From assembly GCA_963666285.1 (NCBI GenBank), contig OY762711.1: 64,000 nt of DNA, one strand, 5' to 3'. How positions within the stretch are numbered: the stretch's first letter is position 1; each line of letters starts with the position of its first letter. This DNA comes from Sedimentisphaerales bacterium. GTDB taxonomy: Bacteria; Planctomycetota; Phycisphaerae; Sedimentisphaerales; SM23-30. The position numbers and the translations under genes are program-made. Below are positions 58,991-64,000 of this stretch, one piece after another. Under the pieces are notes generated by a model. That model was given only the letters and a program-made list of their open reading frames with translations, searched no databases and had not been told where the DNA came from.

Positions 58991-60868
58991 ATGTTCAAAT
59001 ACATCATAGCACTAAACTTAGTTCTTTTCGCAGGAATATTAATATTTATCACTCACAGTCAGAAGGAAGCTCCTGATGTTGATATCATTTATGCGATGCC
59101 AGGCTCCATCAAGACTATGGACCCGGCAATGATGTCTCTTAGCGATGAAATCAGGATTGCGATGGGGCTTTGGGAGAATCTCTTCACTTATGAGCCGGAA
59201 AATTCGGTCTCCAAGGAGGGAGTAGCCTACTATCCGGCTGATATTTCCGAAGATTACAAAACCTGGACCTTCCATTTAAGGCCGGAAGCCAGGTGGTCTA
59301 ATGGTGACCAGGTTGTTGCCCAGGATTTCATCTATGGCTGGCGCCGGGCGATTGAGCCTGGTACTGCCGATGATTATGCTTATCTTGTTAAGGATAATAT
59401 CGCCGGGGCCGGTGAATATGCCAAATGGCGAAATGATGCAGTGCGTGTTCTTACTATTCTGCGCGATCTTATAAATAACCGTGAAATAAACGAAGAAGAT
59501 ACTAAGATTATCGAAGATTTGAAGCTCGAAGGTGCAGATGCGTCTGAACCGGACTGGCAGGGAATAGCTGATAAGTTTCGCACTGACCATATGAATAATA
59601 TAGAGGTTGAGTTTGAGAAGGTTGGTTTAAAGGCGATTGATGACCTGACTTTAGAGGTAAAGCTTGCCCGTCCTTTGACTTACTTTGACAATCTTGTTCC
59701 GTTTACTACCTTTGCCCCGGTACATCGTAAATCTTGTGAAATGCTCAAGGTAACTGACGATGATGTGATAAACTCTCTTACCCTTTGGGTTTATGACCCG
59801 CAATGGGTAAAGCCGAACTATCATTACAAGGATTATCCGGGGCTGATTACCAATGGCCCTTTTACTTTCAGGGAATGGCAGTTTAAAAGATACATGCTCT
59901 TTGAAAAAAATGAGCAGTATTGGGATAAAGACAATGTTAAATGCCAGAGGATTATGGCTAAAGTAACACCGGAATCTAATTCAACTTTTCTGGCCTATGA
60001 ACGAAATGAAATTGACTATATCAAGAGTCTCAGCGTTATGGATTTTGTCGATTCGCTTTACCAGGACATGAAAGCCGGCAACAGAGACGATATTCATCAT
60101 TCCAAGGCGTTTGGATGTTATTATTACCAGGTAAATTGTAATGAAAAGCTAAATGACGGCACGCCGAATCCGTTTCATGATAAACTGGTAAGGATGGCGT
60201 TTAACCTGGCAATCGACAAAAAAGCCATTGCTGACAATGTTATTCGTATGGGTAATGAGCCTGCAACTCTTTTGATTCCGCCGGGGATTATTCCTGGCTA
60301 TGATTGTGAACCAGGGCCGGGATATAACCCTGACAAGGCTCGCGAGCTGCTCTCCGAAGCCGGTTACCCGGGTGGTGAAGGCCTACCTCCAATCGATCTG
60401 TTTGTCAGCTCTCCCCCGGAAAGTCATAAAAAAACCGCCGAGGCGATTGCAGTTATGTGGGAAAAAGAGCTGGGAGTCAAGGTTTTGATTCGGGCAAAGG
60501 AATGGAAGATTTTTGATGAGGATCGTTCCAACCAGGCTTATATGGTATGTCGGGCAGGGTGGTTTGGTGATTACTACGATCCGACAACATATCTTGATCT
60601 GCTGGTTACCGGTAACGGCCAGAATCACTCTAAATTCAGCAATCCGGATTATGACGCCCTTATGCAGCAGGCATATGTCTGTGTCGATCCGAAAAAACGA
60701 CTGGATATCCTTGAAGAGGCTGAAAAGCTTATCATGCACGAGTATATGCCGGTCATTCCGCTATACTATTATGTTACCCTTGAGGCGTTCCGACCGGAGA
60801 TTAAGGGCATTACTATCAATCCTCGTGAACTGCACCCAATGAAATACTGGGAGAATACCGCTAAATAA
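58991..60868 (+). CDS. Oligopeptide ABC transporter substrate-binding protein (OppA family, SBP family 5)
   Basis: TWTFHLR..ARWSNGD.V.AQDF.Y.WRR, NGPF, KN..YWD, VRMAFNLAID and GWFGDY.DP motifs. Confidence 0.92.
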   Translation: MFKYIIALNLVLFAGILIFITHSQKEAPDVDIIYAMPGSIKTMDPAMMSLSDEIRIAMGLWENLFTYEPENSVSKEGVAYYPADISEDYKTWTFHLRPEARWSNGDQVVAQDFIYGWRRAIEPGTADDYAYLVKDNIAGAGEYAKWRNDAVRVLTILRDLINNREINEEDTKIIEDLKLEGADASEPDWQGIADKFRTDHMNNIEVEFEKVGLKAIDDLTLEVKLARPLTYFDNLVPFTTFAPVHRKSCEMLKVTDDDVINSLTLWVYDPQWVKPNYHYKDYPGLITNGPFTFREWQFKRYMLFEKNEQYWDKDNVKCQRIMAKVTPESNSTFLAYERNEIDYIKSLSVMDFVDSLYQDMKAGNRDDIHHSKAFGCYYYQVNCNEKLNDGTPNPFHDKLVRMAFNLAIDKKAIADNVIRMGNEPATLLIPPGIIPGYDCEPGPGYNPDKARELLSEAGYPGGEGLPPIDLFVSSPPESHKKTAEAIAVMWEKELGVKVLIRAKEWKIFDEDRSNQAYMVCRAGWFGDYYDPTTYLDLLVTGNGQNHSKFSNPDYDALMQQAYVCVDPKKRLDILEEAEKLIMHEYMPVIPLYYYVTLEAFRPEIKGITINPRELHPMKYWENTAK

Positions 60869-61007
60869 AGCACAATATATTTTTCATATTTATAGTGCCG
60901 GTTATATTTATTTCCTTCGCTTTCTATGATACAGCTCGGTATGATATCCATTTCAAATGTTGATATTATAGGACCTATAGAGTTCGTATTGATATTTTTT
61001 TATAAAA

Positions 61008-62147
61008 ATGAAAAGCGTAAAAAACAAAAAAATATTGCTTTTAAGTGCCTCTGTCGGCAGTGGTCATAATATGGCTGCCAGGGCAGTTAGTAAATATCTC
61101 GAACTCTCAGGTTTTGATGGCGAGGTTCGTTTTGAAGACGTTCTGGACTATACAAATCCTGTTTTTCGCTTTTTATATAGAGATGCATATCTAATGGTTA
61201 CCGGCAGATTTACGCACTTTTTTGCCGCCTGCTATGACAAAGCTGATAGACCGTGGAAAGACTATCATAAACGTAAAGCTCTATTTTCGCCAAACTTAAG
61301 TAATTTACGCAAGATGATAATCAATTTCAATGCTGATATTATTATCTGCACTCATTTCCTGGCCGCCGAAGCGGTAACATGGCTGAAGAATGAGGGGAAG
61401 ATTTCAAGTAAGCTTTGTACGGTTGTAACTGATATAGATCCGCATGCATGGTGGCTCTGTAAGGGGGCTGACCACTTTTTTGTCGCGATGGGCGAGAGCA
61501 AAGAATATCTAATCCACACCGGGGTTCCTGCCGATAATATCTCTGTTTCGGGCATACCAATTGACCCGAAGTTTGCCCAGAACAAAAATAAAGACGAAAT
61601 GTGGAAAAAGCTTAGCTTGGCCCCGGATCTTCCTGTTATAATTGTTTCCGGCGGCGGTGAGGGTATTGGTGCGACTGAAAAGCAGTTCGATGAGCTGCGC
61701 CGGTTAAACAATCCGGCTCAACTAGTTGTAATTTGCGGCAATAATAACAAGCTGAAATCAAGGCTTGAAGCATATAATAGTAAGCTGCCGGCTGACAGTA
61801 ATATAAAGATGCATATTGTCGGCTATACCACTGATATGGATGAGTATATGCTGGCCGCTGACCTGCTGATTGGTAAGCCCGGCGGTATGACGGTTTTTGA
61901 AGCGATGGCAATGGGGTTGCCAATGCTGATTTTTATGCCTCTTGCAGGGCAGGAAGAACGCAACAGCGACCATCTCCTTGAAGAAGGCGTTGCTATCAGG
62001 TGCAACTCGCTGGTAACATTGCCGTACAAGGTTGACCGTCTTTTGAGCGATCCTGATAGACTGCGGCAGATGAGCGAAAATGCAAGGAAGCTTGGCTCTC
62101 CGTTAGCAGGTAAAGTGATTGCTGACAAAGTATTAGAAATGGTTTGA
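61008..62147 (+). CDS. MGDG synthase/UgtP-family glycosyltransferase (GT28)
   Basis: SVGSGH..AARA, ICTHFL, VVTD…H.WW, GIPI and KPGGMT..EA…GQEERN motifs. Confidence 0.9.
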   Translation: MKSVKNKKILLLSASVGSGHNMAARAVSKYLELSGFDGEVRFEDVLDYTNPVFRFLYRDAYLMVTGRFTHFFAACYDKADRPWKDYHKRKALFSPNLSNLRKMIINFNADIIICTHFLAAEAVTWLKNEGKISSKLCTVVTDIDPHAWWLCKGADHFFVAMGESKEYLIHTGVPADNISVSGIPIDPKFAQNKNKDEMWKKLSLAPDLPVIIVSGGGEGIGATEKQFDELRRLNNPAQLVVICGNNNKLKSRLEAYNSKLPADSNIKMHIVGYTTDMDEYMLAADLLIGKPGGMTVFEAMAMGLPMLIFMPLAGQEERNSDHLLEEGVAIRCNSLVTLPYKVDRLLSDPDRLRQMSENARKLGSPLAGKVIADKVLEMV

Positions 62148-62285
62148 ATGAAGGGGGTATTCACGATTCATTTCGGGATTACCCATTATTATAGATAAAA
62201 TATTGTGCAAACCAGAACGGGTTGCTCATATTATTAACTTATTAATTGGACTCTGAGCTGACTTGATTGGCAAAGTTATATCCAA

Positions 62286-63002
62286 GTGAGGCTTGATATG
62301 CCGTTTGGCTTTATGGACAGTAAGGAATTAGCCAGGTTTCTGGGCGATGATTCTCGACGTATCGAGAAGCTGGCCCAGAGGGGCTCTATCCCTGCCCAGA
62401 GAGTCGGCGGTTCTTATCGCTTCAACCGCGCTGAAATTACCGAATGGCTGCAGCAGAAGTTTGGCGGCATGGCACATGGCGATCTCAAAGTTATTGATGA
62501 TGGTATTTCCAGCCATCGAAATGTCGAAAGTGAGCTGGTGGTAACTAATATGCTCAGGCCTGAAGGGATAAATCTGTATTTACCGGCTCGTACTAAAAGG
62601 AGTGTCCTGAAAGAGCTTACCCAGCTTGCAGTTAATACCGAATTGCTATATGATCCCGACACACTCGAAGAAGAACTGGTCGCTCGTGAAGATATGTGCA
62701 GTACTGCCCTGGAAAATGGGCTGGCCATACCTCACCCACGTCGTCCGCAGCAATATATTATTGCAGAGCCTATCCTCGTTTTTGGCAGGACCTCAACCGG
62801 TATTGCTTTTGGTGCTCCAGATGGCAGAACCTCCGACCTGTTTTTTATGACTTGTTCAGATGATGACCGCCATCACCTCCACATTCTTGCTCGACTCTGC
62901 CGACTTTTCCATGATACCAATGTTGCTGACGCTCTCCGCGAAGCTGAAACCGAACAGGAAGTCATTCATATCATCCATGATGCTGAAGTTAAGGTAGTGT
63001 GA
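62286..63002 (+). CDS. Excisionase-like HTH DNA-binding domain fused to PTS EIIA (PtsN/fructose-type); start may be at 62298
   Basis: ELARFL……KLAQRG.IPA.RVGG.YRF.R.EI..W (HTH_17) plus RE…STALENGLAIPHPR (phospho-His) and HL.ILARL. Confidence 0.88.
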   Translation: MRLDMPFGFMDSKELARFLGDDSRRIEKLAQRGSIPAQRVGGSYRFNRAEITEWLQQKFGGMAHGDLKVIDDGISSHRNVESELVVTNMLRPEGINLYLPARTKRSVLKELTQLAVNTELLYDPDTLEEELVAREDMCSTALENGLAIPHPRRPQQYIIAEPILVFGRTSTGIAFGAPDGRTSDLFFMTCSDDDRHHLHILARLCRLFHDTNVADALREAETEQEVIHIIHDAEVKVV

Positions 63003-63154
63003 TATTCAGCCGCTTCTGGTTTGATTCCTAAATTGTCATTCTACTCTTCAACCTTGACCTTTTGGTATTTTTCAGTTTATAATTACCTGTTAGGCCGTAT
63101 TTTAACGCAATAATGGCAATATAGATAACTTATAACGAGATATAGGGTTAGAGT

Positions 63155-64000
63155 ATGAATATTTTGATCGCAGGTGCCAAGGGTGCCGGTAAATCTTCAG
63201 TAGGCAGTGAACTTTCCGGTTTGACCGGCTTGGAAATAATCGAGACAGATGCTTTGGTAGAAGAGATTTACGAACGGGAAACCGGCGTAAAGCTTACCTG
63301 TCGCCAGATATATATTGAGAAAGGTTCCGAATATTTCCGCAGCCTGGAATCGCAGGCTGCACGCATGGCAGCTGAGAAAGACTGGCATTTTATTATTCTG
63401 GGCGGTTCTATCCTGATGAATCCTGATAATCGTCGTCTGTTGAGAAATGATTCCATGATGATCTATTTGACCGCACCGGTTGGGGTCAGCTGGGATCGCA
63501 TCCAGAAAGACGGACTGCCGCCATGGCTCGATGATGCTGACGGCAAGGAAAAATATATCAAGGAGGTGGAATATCGCAATGAGGTATTAACTCCTTTTGC
63601 AGATATTGTTATGGATAGCTCTGACGGTACTCCGGCAGAGCTGGCTGATCGTGTTATTGATCTGATCAAAGAGGAGCTTTCCATACGCAGTCATGCCGCC
63701 AATACTTATGGTCAGATTATCCATATGACAACCTTTGGTGAAAGTCATGGACCGGCTATCGGTGCGGTACTGGACGGCGTACGTCCTGGACTGGAGATTA
63801 CCGAAGAGGAAATACAAATCCAGCTTAACCGCCGTCGTCCCGGTCAGAGTGATTATGTGACTCCTCGCAGTGAAAAAGACAGGGTACATATTCTTTCGGG
63901 TGTGTTTGAGGGCAAAACAACCGGTGCCCCGATTGCGATGGTGGTATATAATCAGGACCAGGACTCAAGCAAGTATGAAGGTATCAAGGATATGTTCCGG
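63155..64000 (+). CDS. aroC: Shikimate kinase-chorismate synthase fusion (AroK-AroC); runs off the window end
   Basis: Not in the ORF track. Hand translation without a stop: MNILIAGAKGAGKSSVG…ETD…FRSLE…LGG…YL.AP (shikimate kinase), continuing in frame into NTYG…TTFGESHGPAIGAVLDG…RRRPGQS…TPRSEKD….SGVFEGKTTGAPI (chorismate synthase). Confidence 0.9.
   Translation, partial: MNILIAGAKGAGKSSVGSELSGLTGLEIIETDALVEEIYERETGVKLTCRQIYIEKGSEYFRSLESQAARMAAEKDWHFIILGGSILMNPDNRRLLRNDSMMIYLTAPVGVSWDRIQKDGLPPWLDDADGKEKYIKEVEYRNEVLTPFADIVMDSSDGTPAELADRVIDLIKEELSIRSHAANTYGQIIHMTTFGESHGPAIGAVLDGVRPGLEITEEEIQIQLNRRRPGQSDYVTPRSEKDRVHILSGVFEGKTTGAPIAMVVYNQDQDSSKYEGIKDMFR

Noticed and set aside
1..64000. tRNA or rRNA genes
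   Set aside because: No cloverleaf with a T-loop GTTCRA and acceptor stem, and no rRNA-like sequence, was recognised by eye in the intergenic regions.

Overview
Bacterial chromosomal segment, probably from a planctomycete of the Phycisphaerae/Sedimentisphaerales type. That assignment is an inference from C-terminal dockerin-like tails, a Gly/Met-rich secretin, an HTH-PTS EIIA fusion and an H-X9-DG-like motif protein. It carries about 40 CDS. Genes in 1-17.9 kb are almost all on the minus strand: GH92, a PP2C sensor, MtfA, GH127, a large CARDB-type surface protein, an HD protein, an MCP plus PstS-like pair, GDPD, flgM and rubredoxin. Genes after 18.2 kb are mostly on the plus strand: a GltP-type symporter, a transglutaminase, trkA/trkH, a macrodomain protein, a dipeptidase, a five-gene methyltransferase + three HAD/double-cubane proteins + activase operon, dockerin proteins, DUF4139, a secretin, gpsA, OppA, an MGDG synthase, an EIIA and an AroK-AroC fusion. 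The most interesting items are: (i) the uncharacterised methyltransferase plus ATP-driven Fe-S reductase operon, with a Cys-rich leader and an upstream terminator; (ii) an AT-rich 1556-aa nuclease-STAND (Avs-like) candidate defence gene in a variable region bracketed by mosaics of 7/9/10-mer repeats and palindromes; (iii) a dispersed MITE-like repeat family and a 27-bp palindrome family; (iv) two candidate ncRNAs, one 6S-like and one promoter-to-terminator sRNA with an anti-SD motif; (v) DnaA-box and NrdR-box-like sites at the gene-orientation switch; (vi) a frameshifted alpha-amylase. Three genes missing from the ORF track were read directly from the sequence (GH92, rubredoxin, AroK-AroC). 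No tRNA, rRNA or CRISPR array was recognised. All calls come from motif recognition by eye; no searches were run.
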